Source: an uncultured delta proteobacterium (GTDB taxonomy: Bacteria; Desulfobacterota; Binatia; Binatales; Binataceae). Taken from it: a stretch of DNA of 64,000 bases. The notes under the pieces are model-generated. The model searched no databases, was not told the DNA's origin, and worked only from the letters and a program-made list of their open reading frames with translations. The stretch covers positions 512,001-576,000 of the forward strand of contig CAWJET010000001.1 in the NCBI GenBank assembly GCA_963842085.1, given 5' to 3'. Positions 46,095-56,598 of this stretch are shown one piece after another. Numbering within the stretch: position 1 is the first letter of the stretch; each line of letters starts with the position of its first letter. A program made the position numbers and the translations under genes.

Positions 46095-47400
46095 TGTGCC
46101 TGCGCAAAATTCCATCTCGTGTGAGATTTGGGGCGGCGGCGAGCACGGAGCGATGAAATGCACGAGTCGAGTCGGACGCCGATCCTCCCCGAGCGCGCTG
46201 GTCAGTCTGAGCAGCGGCTATTAGCCATCGGGATTCAGCACGCGCGGCATGGACCTCCACACAACGGCGGCCGTGAGAGATCGTGCAGCCCTCGAAAGCG
46301 GATCAAGCGGCGAGACGTTCGTAGCGATGGTGAAGACCGCCGACTTCTGGAATCGCGATCACCTCGCCGCGGTTCGGCGGATGGACGGGGCGAGCATCCG
46401 GGCAATCTTTGTCGAGCGAGAGATGTGTCCGCGAGCGGTTATAGTAATCGACGTACGAAGACAGGGCGCGGCGCAGATGGCGTTCGTTGATCACGAGTAC
46501 GTGATCCAGGCACTCGCGACGAATCGAGCCGATGACCCGCTCGACGTAGGCATTCTGCCAAGGTGAGCGTGGCGCCGTAACGACCTCTGTGATCCCCATC
46601 GCTCGAGCGCGCTCGCGAAAGCATTGACCATAAGATCGATCACGATCGCGCAGGAGGTAACGTGGCGCGGTGTCCCACGGAAATGCCTCGGTGATCTGGC
46701 GGGAGAGCCAACCCGCGGTAGGATGCGGGGTTACATTCAGATGCAGGATCCTCCGTCGCGCGTGACCTAAAATGACGCTCACGTAGAGCAGACGAAACGC
46801 GGCAGTGACGACCACGAGCATATCGATGGCGGCGATGCCGTCGATACAATTGTTCAGGAAGGTCCGCCAGGTTGGTGAGGCCGGACCATGCCGCCGCACC
46901 ATATGTCTCCCGACGGTTGCCTGGCTGACTTCGATGCCGAGCTTGAGCAGCTCGCCGTGAATCCGTGGGGCTCCCCACAGCGGGTTGGCAACGCTCATCT
47001 GCCGGATCAGCTCACGAATCTCGCGATTCACGCCTGGCCGCCCAACGCGGCGCGAGCTTGAGCGCCAACGCCAATATCTGCGGAAGCCCTGCCGGTGCCA
47101 CTGGAGCACGGTTGCGGGCTTGACCAGAACCATTACCTCCAGACAACGAGGCCAAATTCGGTAGAGCCAACCCCAGAGCAAGCGGTCTCCACGAACAAGC
47201 CACACTCGGCCGGGCCGCTGCCGATGGAGAACGGCCAACTGATGTCTGAGGGCGAGCACCTCCAGTTCCAGGGAGGCTCGACGCCGAAACCGGAAAGAGA
47301 CCAGAGAAACCATTGCCGACAGGATCGTAAGCATGCCGGCCACGATAAGGCAGTCGTCGCAAAACTCCAATGTTTACGGTGCGTACGGAATTATGAGGCG
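46095..47400 (-). mobile_element. rve-integrase (IS481/IS3-like) element
   Basis: End TGTGCCTGCGCAAAA and following ~150 bp are shared with 53608ff; the other end is not resolved. Confidence 0.7.
46303..47334 (-). CDS. integrase core domain (rve) transposase
   Basis: WGAPRIHGELLKLG, AID, LLRDRD, SPWQNAYVERVIGSIRRECLD, GGLHHRYER. Confidence 0.92.
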   Translation of the reverse strand: MLTILSAMVSLVSFRFRRRASLELEVLALRHQLAVLHRQRPGRVWLVRGDRLLWGWLYRIWPRCLEVMVLVKPATVLQWHRQGFRRYWRWRSSSRRVGRPGVNREIRELIRQMSVANPLWGAPRIHGELLKLGIEVSQATVGRHMVRRHGPASPTWRTFLNNCIDGIAAIDMLVVVTAAFRLLYVSVILGHARRRILHLNVTPHPTAGWLSRQITEAFPWDTAPRYLLRDRDRSYGQCFRERARAMGITEVVTAPRSPWQNAYVERVIGSIRRECLDHVLVINERHLRRALSSYVDYYNRSRTHLSLDKDCPDARPVHPPNRGEVIAIPEVGGLHHRYERLAA

Positions 47401-47569
47401 TTCGCGGAGCTGAAGAGGCGATGCGTGGAACACTCGGCAGAGAAAGCGGGACCGGAGCTGAAGAGCGCGAGTGGCAGATAGGAGGGAGCAGCTATGGTCG
47501 AAGTCTCCGCCGACAAGGCTTATAGTGTCTTAACTTTTCGGTAGTCGGTCGAATTGAAAAGAGACGGCC

Positions 47570-47974
47570 TCAGTAAAACGACGCGATATAATCGATCCCC
47601 GGCTGCATGGCTTTGCGCCAAATAGCCTCGGTCTGGTCGTCGAAAGCCCAATCGCACTTTTTCGCTGCGACCATAAGTGAGTCAAGCCATAGCGCGTAAA
47701 GATGAGGCGGAATATTCTTGTCGTTCCGCGCGTGACGACGGGCGAGAGCGGCTAGTATCGAGTAATCCGCCGATTTAAGTACTACAGCACCGAGCATGAC
47801 ATAGAGCGAGAGTTTGAGCATCTCCTTCTGCCGCTTGAAGTCCGTGCCTTGGAATTTCGCAGCGACCTCGGGCGACAACAAGAAGTGATCATAGAACACA
47901 TCGAAGAAGCGTCGTCCTGACACCATGCACCGTTCAAAGCTTTCGTGGAAAGCAGCGATCTCAACGTCGGTCAT
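47570..47974 (-). CDS. single-domain globin
   Basis: FYDHFL.SPEVAAKF.GTDF.RQ..ML; RHAR..IPPHLY.LW. Confidence 0.85.
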   Translation of the reverse strand: MTDVEIAAFHESFERCMVSGRRFFDVFYDHFLLSPEVAAKFQGTDFKRQKEMLKLSLYVMLGAVVLKSADYSILAALARRHARNDKNIPPHLYALWLDSLMVAAKKCDWAFDDQTEAIWRKAMQPGIDYIASFY

Positions 47975-48361
47975 AATCCCACTCCTTCTCTATATTCTAG
48001 TTCCTACTACGCTTATTCGTATTGAGATCAGATCCACCCGAGTTCCTTCATGCACCATCCCGCATGCAAGATTTTAGTCATGTGCCGGACCTTCTCGCCG
48101 TTCGGAATTGCCCGAAGGGCAGCTGCGCGGCGATTGGGCGGCCGGAAAAACCGACTAGTCGGCGTGTGCCACGAATCTGGCGTAGGCGCAGTCAACTTCG
48201 CCGCGCTTGACGGCGGCGAGCAACATTTCCTTCTGCGCGCGAACCATCTGGCCGGTGGGCTACGCTGGCGCCCCAGCACGCGGTTTTCGAATCACCCGAA
48301 ACTTCATTGGAACTACCTCCATTTGATTAAGGTTACCAAGTTGCCGGTTTCGCGGGTCAGC

Positions 48362-48730
48362 TCATCCTTCGAACAAAGTGCCCTTCCATGAGCGCGCGGC
48401 CAGATCTATTTCGCCCTCGGCTCTGATTCTGCGGCCATCGGAGACCTCAGCAAAGTTCGCCGTGCGCCACTTGTGCTTCCCTATACTCTCGTAGGTCCCT
48501 TGACCGGCGCCGTTGAGAGTGTCGCCATTGTCCAGGTATGATGCCCAATGGAGGCCGAAAGTCCCACCCTTGCCGCCGCCTACGAAGGTAGCCGTCAGGA
48601 AGGTCGCCCCAAATCCGGTCCCCGTACCTTCCCAATTCACCTGGATAAGAACGCTACCTGCGGGTCCAGGACTTTGGGTGGAAGTGATCGACTTCAGTGA
48701 ATATTCTCCGATTGCTTTACCTGATGCCAT
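48362..48730 (-). CDS. hypothetical beta-rich protein
   Basis: AAGGAG RBS; 122 aa. Confidence 0.7.
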   Translation of the reverse strand: MASGKAIGEYSLKSITSTQSPGPAGSVLIQVNWEGTGTGFGATFLTATFVGGGKGGTFGLHWASYLDNGDTLNGAGQGTYESIGKHKWRTANFAEVSDGRRIRAEGEIDLAARSWKGTLFEG

Positions 48731-49370
48731 ACGCGTGTTCTCCTTTATGTTGAAGAGTTGAGTTCGCTACGACGGCCAACCTTATCCATTACTCCTGTGC
48801 CAGGCTTAGGGCGAGCCGAGCGGTACTTGCTGATTGCGACGCCACCTTCGCCGAATACAGCGCGAGCGAGTCTCGCGGCCTGGAGATTTGCGATTGGCGC
48901 GCGGCGTCCGATGGCTGAGCGCGATTGACGGGAACGACGGAACGCCGCCAGAAGCAATCCATGAATCCCCGTCACGCCGCCGCGCTCACCCTTGTGGGCT
49001 GAAGAATTCTCGGATGAACTCTCTAATTGCGCTCGCGCTCTTGGTTGTCTTCCTGGCATTGGCTTTCATGTGGCTTTTTTCTGATTGATCGCAAGCGACG
49101 CACAGTGCGCTTGTGTCGATAGCTGACAGTGAAGGGCCGAGCTGGAAGCTGCGGCTGGCGCGGGCATCGCGACCGACGATCCGCGCCTCAAAGCGGAGTA
49201 GTCAGAAAAGAAACGGGCCAGCGAAGAGAAGGTCAGTTCCATCGCCAGCCCGAACGCCGACTGGAAAGGGGGGGCAAACCCAGCCAGCAACTCCCCCGCG
49301 TATCAAACTGCCGCCCTTAGCGCCCGTCCCCCAAGCCAGCGAGGTCACCGCAATAGGTGTGTAAACGAGA

Positions 49371-49750
49371 TCAGGCGGCGCGGCGCTTCGGGATGGTTTC
49401 GCTTACTGGCATTCGGTCTTCGAATAGTTGTCCATCGTAAACTGCCGCGAGTAGTTGGGGCGAGTTGAGGCGGCGGAATTTCCTCTCCGCAATCATCAGG
49501 ATCTTCCAGATCAAGGCCTCGGCATTGGCGACCTTCTTGTAGCGCTTGGCGGCGTCGGTTCTAAGCCGCACCGCCGCGAACGGCGATTCCACCACATTGG
49601 TGGTGCGCAGATGGATCCAATGATCTTTGGGAAAGCGATAGAACGTCACCATCCGCTCCCAGTCGCGGCTCAGCGTCTGGACCGCCTTGGGCCAGAGCTT
49701 GCGATAGCGGTCGGCGAACTGTTCGCGCAGCCGCTCGCATTCAGCTCGGC
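49371..49750 (-). pseudogene. IS256-family transposase C-terminal remnant
   Basis: FY.FP..HW.HLRTTNVVESPFAAVRLRT. Confidence 0.85.
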
Positions 49751-49867
49751 TTAAGGAAGCCATCTTGCTTTTGGGGTCCGATCTTGGGGCTTAGGCAGTC
49801 CCGCCAGGCCAGCACCCTCGGCTCGACGGGCCTTCGTCCGCGTTAGTGACGGGATTACAAGAGGTTT

Positions 49868-50752
49868 TCATTCGCGGTTCTTTAGTTGCTGACTATCGCC
49901 GAGTCCGTACACCATCGCGGTCTTGGTGGTGCCAAGTTTGATCCATTCCGCGCAATCGAGCTGCACTCTTTTGTAGAACTCTTCGGAGAGTTCAAGCGAC
50001 TCCTTGCTAACCTCGTCGACCCGATCGAACTTGCACTGAAAGGCGAATTCGCCCGACAGTGATTTTTCCAGCGCCCGGCTCCGCCATATGGCGATGGTGG
50101 TCTTACCCTTGAAGTGGTGCCCGAAGTGGATGATGCCCATGGTGTTCTGCACTTCCTCGACCGCTACGTTGTTGACCAGCATCATTTTGGTTCTTGGCCG
50201 TATGTCTATGCGTTTGAGGGTCGGGAACGCGCGGGCAATGTCCTCGATGCCGCGGTCGAGTTCAATCTTGGGCGATGTAAGCACGCATCCATGAGAGTAG
50301 ACGCTGCGCATTCCACCCAGACGATCGCGCTCGAGCAGCAACTCCTCTTTGAACTTTATCTCATCGTGTCCACCCAATTGCGGACGCACGTCAACGGCCG
50401 CGGCGTTCTTGAGCTCCGGCGTGCGGTATTTGAAGGCCAACTCGTGGCCGGGACGGGGCCATCCCTGATCGTAGAACGTGCGCTTTCGCAGAATGAAGTG
50501 ATGATTGTAAAGGTCAAACTCCGGGGTGTCGTAAAAAAGCACTTCCCGAACCTGGCTGTCGAATGCGTGCTCGTCGACATCTACTTTAAGACCGAGTTTC
50601 TTGAGAGTCTTGGACACGGTCTCCCAAAACTCGAGAAAACCATTCTTGCTCGTAAACCGATCGGGTTGCAGCAGAATCTTGTACTCACGGTAATGAACCA
50701 CGTCGGCAGCCAGATGCTTGGTTTCGGGATGCTTGCTTATGTGCTTGTCCAT
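49868..50752 (-). CDS. hypothetical protein, possibly CYTH/tunnel-fold
   Basis: REYK near the N-terminus, VLFYDTP..L....FILRKR, AFKYR, EFAF pattern. Confidence 0.7.
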   Translation of the reverse strand: MDKHISKHPETKHLAADVVHYREYKILLQPDRFTSKNGFLEFWETVSKTLKKLGLKVDVDEHAFDSQVREVLFYDTPEFDLYNHHFILRKRTFYDQGWPRPGHELAFKYRTPELKNAAAVDVRPQLGGHDEIKFKEELLLERDRLGGMRSVYSHGCVLTSPKIELDRGIEDIARAFPTLKRIDIRPRTKMMLVNNVAVEEVQNTMGIIHFGHHFKGKTTIAIWRSRALEKSLSGEFAFQCKFDRVDEVSKESLELSEEFYKRVQLDCAEWIKLGTTKTAMVYGLGDSQQLKNRE

Positions 50753-50896
50753 AGGTCAAATTGCACCATATTCCATTGAATTTGGCAAAAACGGCGGATC
50801 GTCGCTAGCTGGCCTTTCTCTCAGGGACTTTGGGCTCAGAAAACGCCGTGCACGCGGGCAATTCGCGATCCAAAGCGTGAATTTCTCTGCATCGAA

Positions 50897-50962
50897 GACT
50901 CGGGTGCGGAGCAGAGTGAATTCGAACTGCCGGTTCCGATTCTCGAACAACCTGACGACAGC
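50897..50962 (-). repeat. tRNA-3'-like att motif, subtype shared with 59311-59400
   Basis: Reverse strand GCTGTCGTC..AGAATCGGAACCGGCAGTTCGAATTCACTCTGCTCCGCACCCGAGTC. Confidence 0.7.
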
Positions 50963-51027
50963 TGGTTGTTTCTTGGCACTGTTCAGCGCAACCGCCGTTC
51001 ACGGAGACCATCCGCACATGGCATAGT

Positions 51028-51630
51028 TTGCTAGTGCGGAACGGCGCTACCATCGAACTTCTCAGGAAGCACCTCTGGGCGCGTCCGCCGGGCGAAGTTG
51101 TGGAGGTCGGTCGCGTGGCTGCGCTGCTTGCCGTCTGTTGGTCTGACTTTGCGGGGGCGGATTCCGAGCGCATGCATGCGGGTAAACTCGGGCGCATGGA
51201 AGCCGTACAGTGGGATCCACCCGTGCTCAGCTTCACGATCGAGCGGCACGGGGCTATGGGTATGGGCTCGACGCGCGCCGAGCTCCAGCAGTGGCGCATC
51301 GATTTGGACCGAAGAACGGCAGAATGTGAACGCAGCCGCAGGTATCGCCAGATGCTTCCGCGCTCGGAAGCGGTGAAGGTAGAGCCCATCGCAAAGGAGC
51401 TTGCCGAGACGATAATCGCCGGTCGCAGTGATCCGCGGCTCAAGTGGCAAGGCCAGGAAACGGTGCGAGTTCTGATGACGAAGATTTTCCCGTATGACTC
51501 CGGCTACATGCAGACAGTAACAGGCCGCCGCGGTCGGCTGCGAGCGGTGTTGGGGACGCTTCTATCAGAGCAGGGCTGGCGGGAGATTCGGCGGGACGTG
51601 TACTCGAGAACGCCCTTGGTCAAGAATTAG
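51028..51630 (+). CDS. hypothetical protein
   Basis: Open 200-aa frame; start uncertain. Confidence 0.55.
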   Translation: MLVRNGATIELLRKHLWARPPGEVVEVGRVAALLAVCWSDFAGADSERMHAGKLGRMEAVQWDPPVLSFTIERHGAMGMGSTRAELQQWRIDLDRRTAECERSRRYRQMLPRSEAVKVEPIAKELAETIIAGRSDPRLKWQGQETVRVLMTKIFPYDSGYMQTVTGRRGRLRAVLGTLLSEQGWREIRRDVYSRTPLVKN

Positions 51631-51908
51631 CGACTTGAATCCTTCTCGACCAATCAGACCCGGGACTCGAGTCCGCGGCTCGCTCAGCATTTTCGTCACT
51701 GCTGTCCTCGTTGCGGTCGAGTGATTGAGCGCCTTTTTTGTCCTGGGGAAGGACGAGACCGCGCCTCAGGTTCCGATGTGGGCTATGCCAACGAGCGCGC
51801 CGGAGAGGGCCATGCTCCTTTTACTCCCATGCACCGGTGGCCCTCTCCTTTTCTTGGATCAGGCTCTCTCTACGCCAATACGTCTGGAAACCATGGAGAA
51901 CCGCTGAC

Positions 51909-52154
51909 ATGCCCCACGCCATCATCCGCGGCCGAAATGGTCGTAGACACGAAGTAGATTTTGAAGACGCGGAAATTCGCGTCGAAGTGTATTCCAGCGA
52001 TGAGACAGTCGAGATCGTCGTCGAAGCAGTAAACGACCTCGCGCCTTCGGATCGCCGCCAGTTCGCGCTGCTCAACATTCCAAAGCATCTCTTCTTGTCG
52101 GCGCTCGGCGAGGCGGCGCAGCGGAAGGGAACGCCAGGACCGCGGCGAGCGTAG
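51909..52154 (+). CDS. small hypothetical protein
   Basis: GGAG RBS; MPHAIIRGRNGRRHEVDF.. Confidence 0.6.
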   Translation: MPHAIIRGRNGRRHEVDFEDAEIRVEVYSSDETVEIVVEAVNDLAPSDRRQFALLNIPKHLFLSALGEAAQRKGTPGPRRA

Positions 52155-52163
52155 CAGCATCGA

Positions 52164-52538
52164 TCAGGCGTTCTTCTGTCGCATCGCTTTGCGCATCGTG
52201 ACTTTGTCCCACAGATTGATCATGTATCCGTCGGGGTCGCGTAGCTCAGCGCCGTAACCCCAGAACAGGCGCTGCGGAGCATTCACGAACTTTACGCCGT
52301 TGCCGGCAAGCTCGCGATGCTTCCCGTCCACGTCCTTCACCTGGAGCGTGATCGTGACCTTGGATCCGGGCAGGCTTTTCTGCGCCTTCGCAAGGAAGAT
52401 GGTGAACCCAGCGCTGTCCTGGATCGCCGTAATGCCTCCGCGCTCGAACTCGACCTTGAAGCCGAGATTCTTCACATACCAATCTCGCGATTTCCGAACG
52501 TTCGTGACCGGCAGGCTCATGTGGTCGAACTTCACCAT
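52164..52538 (-). CDS. VOC/glyoxalase family protein
   Basis: DHMSLPV..SRDWY..LGF; WGYGAELRDPDGY. Confidence 0.9.
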   Translation of the reverse strand: MVKFDHMSLPVTNVRKSRDWYVKNLGFKVEFERGGITAIQDSAGFTIFLAKAQKSLPGSKVTITLQVKDVDGKHRELAGNGVKFVNAPQRLFWGYGAELRDPDGYMINLWDKVTMRKAMRQKNA

Positions 52539-52789
52539 GGACCTAACTCCTCAACCTTCGCGCAGATATACGATTTCAACAATTGCGACGCCACCTCAAT
52601 TTCGAGGATGCGCAATGTGCCGAGGCCGCCCCTCAGGAGGGTTGCCAGAGCGAGGGCGCTTCGTTAGCAGGATCTTTTAGCAGCGTCATCTGGCAGCGTG
52701 ATCAGGAGTTGTCACCGCGAAGTACTTCAAGGTAACGTTGGAGACCGAAGGCGCCGGTTGGTTTCTCGCGCTTCGGAATCCTGTGGCGT

Positions 52790-53311
52790 TCACTTAGCCT
52801 TTGGCGCGAACGCGCTCCCTTCGAAATGAGCCCCTTCGTGTATGTTCAATACTGTCGAAGCGATGTCGCCCCAAACCTTTCCCGTGGGAAGAATCTCGAC
52901 CCTGGGGCTCGCTATAGTCTTGACCTTCACCGTACCCGCAATGATTACCGAGGGGGCCCTCAACTCGTCACTGGTTATCGATCCGTTCTCGCCGAGCGTG
53001 ATCTCGTCCTGTCCAGTGATCTCACCCTCCACATGGCCATCTATGACGACCGGCCCCTCGAAGAACAGCGTGCCGATGATTTCGGAGCCCTTGGGGAGAC
53101 GAGAATCCCGCCGAGCACCTGGCGACGGCTTGGTAGTTCCATTCAGCTTAACAACTTGAGGAGCCGACGATATCCCGTTTGCTTCGTTCTGGTGCAATCG
53201 CTTCTCTCCCTTCCCGACCTTCGTAGCCGGGAGTAACTTCGTTAAAAGCGATGCTGCCTTACCGAAATTCAGTCGAATCGCGAGGAAAGTGAGGTTGCGC
53301 TTCAACAGCAT
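52790..53311 (-). CDS. bactofilin (polymer-forming cytoskeletal protein)
   Basis: G.L.FEGPVVIDGHVEGEI..IIAGTV..GKVWGDI..IHEGAHFEG. Confidence 0.8.
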   Translation of the reverse strand: MLLKRNLTFLAIRLNFGKAASLLTKLLPATKVGKGEKRLHQNEANGISSAPQVVKLNGTTKPSPGARRDSRLPKGSEIIGTLFFEGPVVIDGHVEGEITGQDEITLGENGSITSDELRAPSVIIAGTVKVKTIASPRVEILPTGKVWGDIASTVLNIHEGAHFEGSAFAPKAK

Positions 53312-53424
53312 TGCCGTCCTCCACATCCATCAAGCGCCAACCCGAGCCTATCATATCTAGACACTTTGTCGAGCCAGGCTTCTCTCTAGGCCACGGTCTC
53401 AGGAAAATTGTGAGCTTTGATGTC

Positions 53425-53607
53425 TGTCCATAGTCAGAACTTCAAACCCGAATTTATTGATGATGAAGCCCGCCCAGGATCGGCATCGCGACGATGCGGC
53501 CGACCTTCTGTGAGCGTCGAGACTTCGGCGCGTCTTTGTCCAACGACAGATGAGTCCGCACCTCGTTGTAGTAGCTGGCGTAGGTCTTGAGAATCCGACG
53601 CAGGTGC
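53425..53607 (-). pseudogene. 3' remnant of an rve-integrase element
   Basis: HLRRILKTYASYYNEVRTHLSLDKDAP..LGGLHHQ. Confidence 0.85.
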
Positions 53608-54053
53608 TGTGCCTGCGCAAAACTGTATCTGGTGTCAGATTCTGGGCGGCGGCGAGTAGGGTGCGATGAAACGCACGAGGTGATTTCCCAATGGCGCTGG
53701 TCAGTCCGTGCGGTCGGCTTTTGCACTGTGGATTTTGCACGCGATGATATGGCTCGCCACACAGTGCGTGAGCGCCGGAGGAGATGGCGCAGCCTTGGAA
53801 AGCAGGTTAGGCGGCGAGGCGTTCGTAACGCTGGTGAAGCCCGCCGACTTGCGGAATCGCGATCACCTTGCCGCGGTTTGGCGGTTGGATGGAGCGAGCA
53901 TCCGGGCAGTCTTTGTCGAGCGAGAGATGGGTCCGCGAGCGGTGATAGTAATCGACGTACGAGACCAGGATGCGGCGCAGATGGCGCTCGTTAATCACGA
54001 GTACGTGATCCAGGCACTCGCGGCGAATCGAGCCGATGACCCGCTCGACGTAG
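53608..54053 (-). pseudogene. 3' remnant and end of an rve element similar to 46095-46550
   Basis: YVERVIGSIRRECLDH..GGLHQRYERLAA plus shared TGTGCCTGCGCAAAA end. Confidence 0.85.
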
Positions 54054-54165
54054 CTCCATCGCTTATTTTTCGCGGTTGCATTGAAGTGCGCGAAGGCTTC
54101 AGCCAATTTCCATTTTTTTTTTGGGGCATCAACACCTCCCTATGGTGTAGGCGCCGGGGCGGGGG

Positions 54166-55005
54166 CTAAGGTGCGGCTGACTGCGCGCTCATTAAGAGTT
54201 GCCGTACAAGCTCTTTAGCGACTTGCCAAAACATTGATGAGTCGTTGAAGGTCAGTATGATCCCGTGTCGAAGCTCCTTCTCAGGGTGAATGTAGTTCCT
54301 GTATTCCTTCAACACGTCCGCCAAGTCCTTGGCAGAATGCGTGATCCAGTTCAACTCGCGGGCGACCCTAATGTAGGAGTCTAACCTCCACTCTTGGTAA
54401 TTGATGGTCTTTCCGGTCTTGGGGTCTTTGGGAGCTGAAGCAGCGTTGATGAGCGCACTTTTGTCCGGCATCTTATTGGCGCGCGCCACGAATAGTGCCT
54501 CTAACAATCCGCCCATCATCACGATTGCCGCAAGGTGAGCGCCGGCGCTGACGCACCGGTGACACTCGTGCCAACGCCGCGTCAAGATATCTCGCATCGG
54601 TGGGTTACCAGCGAGTGCGGAAAAGTCGGGAGCAAGGTCGTCTGTGCTCCCGGCGGGAGATGCCGAAGGAGCAATCAAAACCGCGGTGCGTAGCGCGATG
54701 AGAGCGTCCTTGGTCTCCTTCAGCGCGTCGAGATATGTCCGCCTGGCCGCATGCTTGGCTGTCAAATCTAAAATAGTTGTGTAGGCGTGATCAGCGTCGC
54801 CAAGATCTACGCCAACGGCAGCGGAGGCCACCACAAGCCGATGCGAGTTGAACCAGGCATGTGCGGTCGATTTCAGCGTAGCTACAGCGTCAACGCCGCG
54901 GACCTGTTTTGTCTTGATCCTGGATACCAAAGAACGCGCTGTCGTCACCTCCGATATGGCGGCGTCGACGGCCTCGGAGCTAGTGGCCACGAGCGAATTC
55001 TCCAA
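54166..55005 (-). CDS. hypothetical protein with C-terminal HEPN/Abi-like domain
   Basis: AAIVMMGGLLEA helix and RNYIHP (RxxxH) motif. Confidence 0.75.
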   Translation of the reverse strand: MENSLVATSSEAVDAAISEVTTARSLVSRIKTKQVRGVDAVATLKSTAHAWFNSHRLVVASAAVGVDLGDADHAYTTILDLTAKHAARRTYLDALKETKDALIALRTAVLIAPSASPAGSTDDLAPDFSALAGNPPMRDILTRRWHECHRCVSAGAHLAAIVMMGGLLEALFVARANKMPDKSALINAASAPKDPKTGKTINYQEWRLDSYIRVARELNWITHSAKDLADVLKEYRNYIHPEKELRHGIILTFNDSSMFWQVAKELVRQLLMSAQSAAP

Positions 55006-55021
55006 TCCGCAGCGCCACCTT

Positions 55022-55627
55022 TTACGACCTCGCCTTCGCGCTCTTTTTCTTCCCCGCCTTCGTTGGCCGTTTTCTCGTTACCTTGCCGCGATTGTTCGCT
55101 TTCGCTGGTTCATTCCCGGGGAGCGTCACGGCCACCAAATTCTCGCCGACAGTGCTGATCCGGAATTTGCCCGGCTCGGTAGTGTCCAAATAGCCTGAGT
55201 TTTTTGCATTGTTTAGGGTCGCAAGCGGCTTACTCGGTCGCTTGCGATCCGCTAATCGGGCTGCGTCCGTTAGGTCCTTTGCTCCTATAGCTTCCTTCTT
55301 CTGCGGCTCCGGCGCCTCGAACTTGTGGAAGTATGCGACTACAGCAGCAAACTGTTGATCGCTCTTGGGAGCCTTCTCCGCAACGAACTGCTTGATGTCT
55401 TTCGTATGTACGCGAATCCCCTGCGAGGACGGAGCGGCAGGTGTTGCCCCCGGTTGGACCTGTGATACCACCAACGGTTGGGATTGAGAGGGAGGACGCA
55501 AATCGAGCCATTCGCTTGCAAAACGGATGGCCCGCTCTTGATGAGTCTTGTCCAGACCCCTTAGCGTTTCGATGATTGCTTTTGCGGCATCAAAGACCTT
55601 AGCCGCGTCAGGATGTTCCTCGCTCAA
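55022..55627 (-). CDS. hypothetical protein, possible winged-helix DNA-binding partner of 54166-55005
   Basis: ATLNNAKNSGYL..GKFRISTVGEN wHTH-like wing; 16-bp gap to next gene. Confidence 0.7.
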   Translation of the reverse strand: MSEEHPDAAKVFDAAKAIIETLRGLDKTHQERAIRFASEWLDLRPPSQSQPLVVSQVQPGATPAAPSSQGIRVHTKDIKQFVAEKAPKSDQQFAAVVAYFHKFEAPEPQKKEAIGAKDLTDAARLADRKRPSKPLATLNNAKNSGYLDTTEPGKFRISTVGENLVAVTLPGNEPAKANNRGKVTRKRPTKAGKKKSAKARS

Positions 55628-55849
55628 ATTCCTTTCTCCAATTCGAGTTGACTGAACAAACACATTTTCCCGCGATCGGCATCCAATCTCAGTTTACCCT
55701 GTTGCTAGCTCGGTGTGAAATCAGGTGCGAGTGGTCGATTGCACGTGGCCTCGCTGGCGGGCATGATCGGGCGTGATGACTCGGCACAAGTTCATTTCAC
55801 ATGATGCGTTGGCTATTGTGTTTGCACGCGACGGAGGCCGATAGAGCCA

Positions 55850-56059
55850 ATGTTCGAACAAGCCTTCAAAAACATCGACGACGTGCTCCGGAAAGAGGCC
55901 ACCTCGTATAGAGATTACTACCATCGGTCGCGGACCCATCTTTCCCTGCAGAAGGACTGTCCCGACCCCCGCCCCGTCCAATCGGAGAATCGGGCCAAGG
56001 TGATCGCCATCGAGGAGGTGGGTGGCCTTCACCATCGTTACGAACGGCTGGCAGCCTAA
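55850..56059 (+). pseudogene. type I R-M HsdM-like first 17 codons fused to an rve 3' remnant
   Basis: MFEQAFKNIDDVLRKEA then YYHRSRTHLSLQKD..GGLHHRYERLAA. Confidence 0.65.
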
Positions 56060-56103
56060 TTCGCGATGGGCTGAACGCGTCCACGGCCGCGGTCCCAGTC
56101 CAA

Positions 56104-56598
56104 TCACGAGTTGGCGTGCCGCAGGAGAGCCAAAGAGACTGTTCTCGGGGACTCGTATTTGAGCGGCGAGCACGGCGTCCCCGCTAGCTTGACTGCCAGA
56201 GTCACCAAATCGATCGACGGATTGTCCTCAATTTCAAAGCGAGCGAGCGAAGCTAGGTCGTTGAGCGAGCCCAGCACTCGGCGGTTCGCGGTCGCGCCGA
56301 TCGTAAACGACTCCATCTCTCGCACTTCCCGACCCACCGCATCCGGCCCTGCTCCGATGCCTTGCAGCACCGACCGAGCGGCATCTCGAAAACGCGGACT
56401 GAAGGAAGACGCGCCTCTGGCTTCAACAATCACCGGGAGCAGCGACCGTTCGCTAATGCAAACGATAAGCGGCACGTGCCTGACGAAAACCAGCTTGGCA
56501 TACCAGTTGCCGAGGCGATTGGTCGGTGAAGGCGGATCAGCGATCGCTTCTGCGCCCAGGCGTTTCAGCAGTTTGCGAGTACAGCGGATAGTCAGCAC
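56104..56598 (-). CDS. DUF6933-like hypothetical protein
   Basis: MLTIRCTRKLL..LGNWYA..NRRVLGSLND. Confidence 0.75.
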   Translation of the reverse strand: MLTIRCTRKLLKRLGAEAIADPPSPTNRLGNWYAKLVFVRHVPLIVCISERSLLPVIVEARGASSFSPRFRDAARSVLQGIGAGPDAVGREVREMESFTIGATANRRVLGSLNDLASLARFEIEDNPSIDLVTLAVKLAGTPCSPLKYESPRTVSLALLRHANS

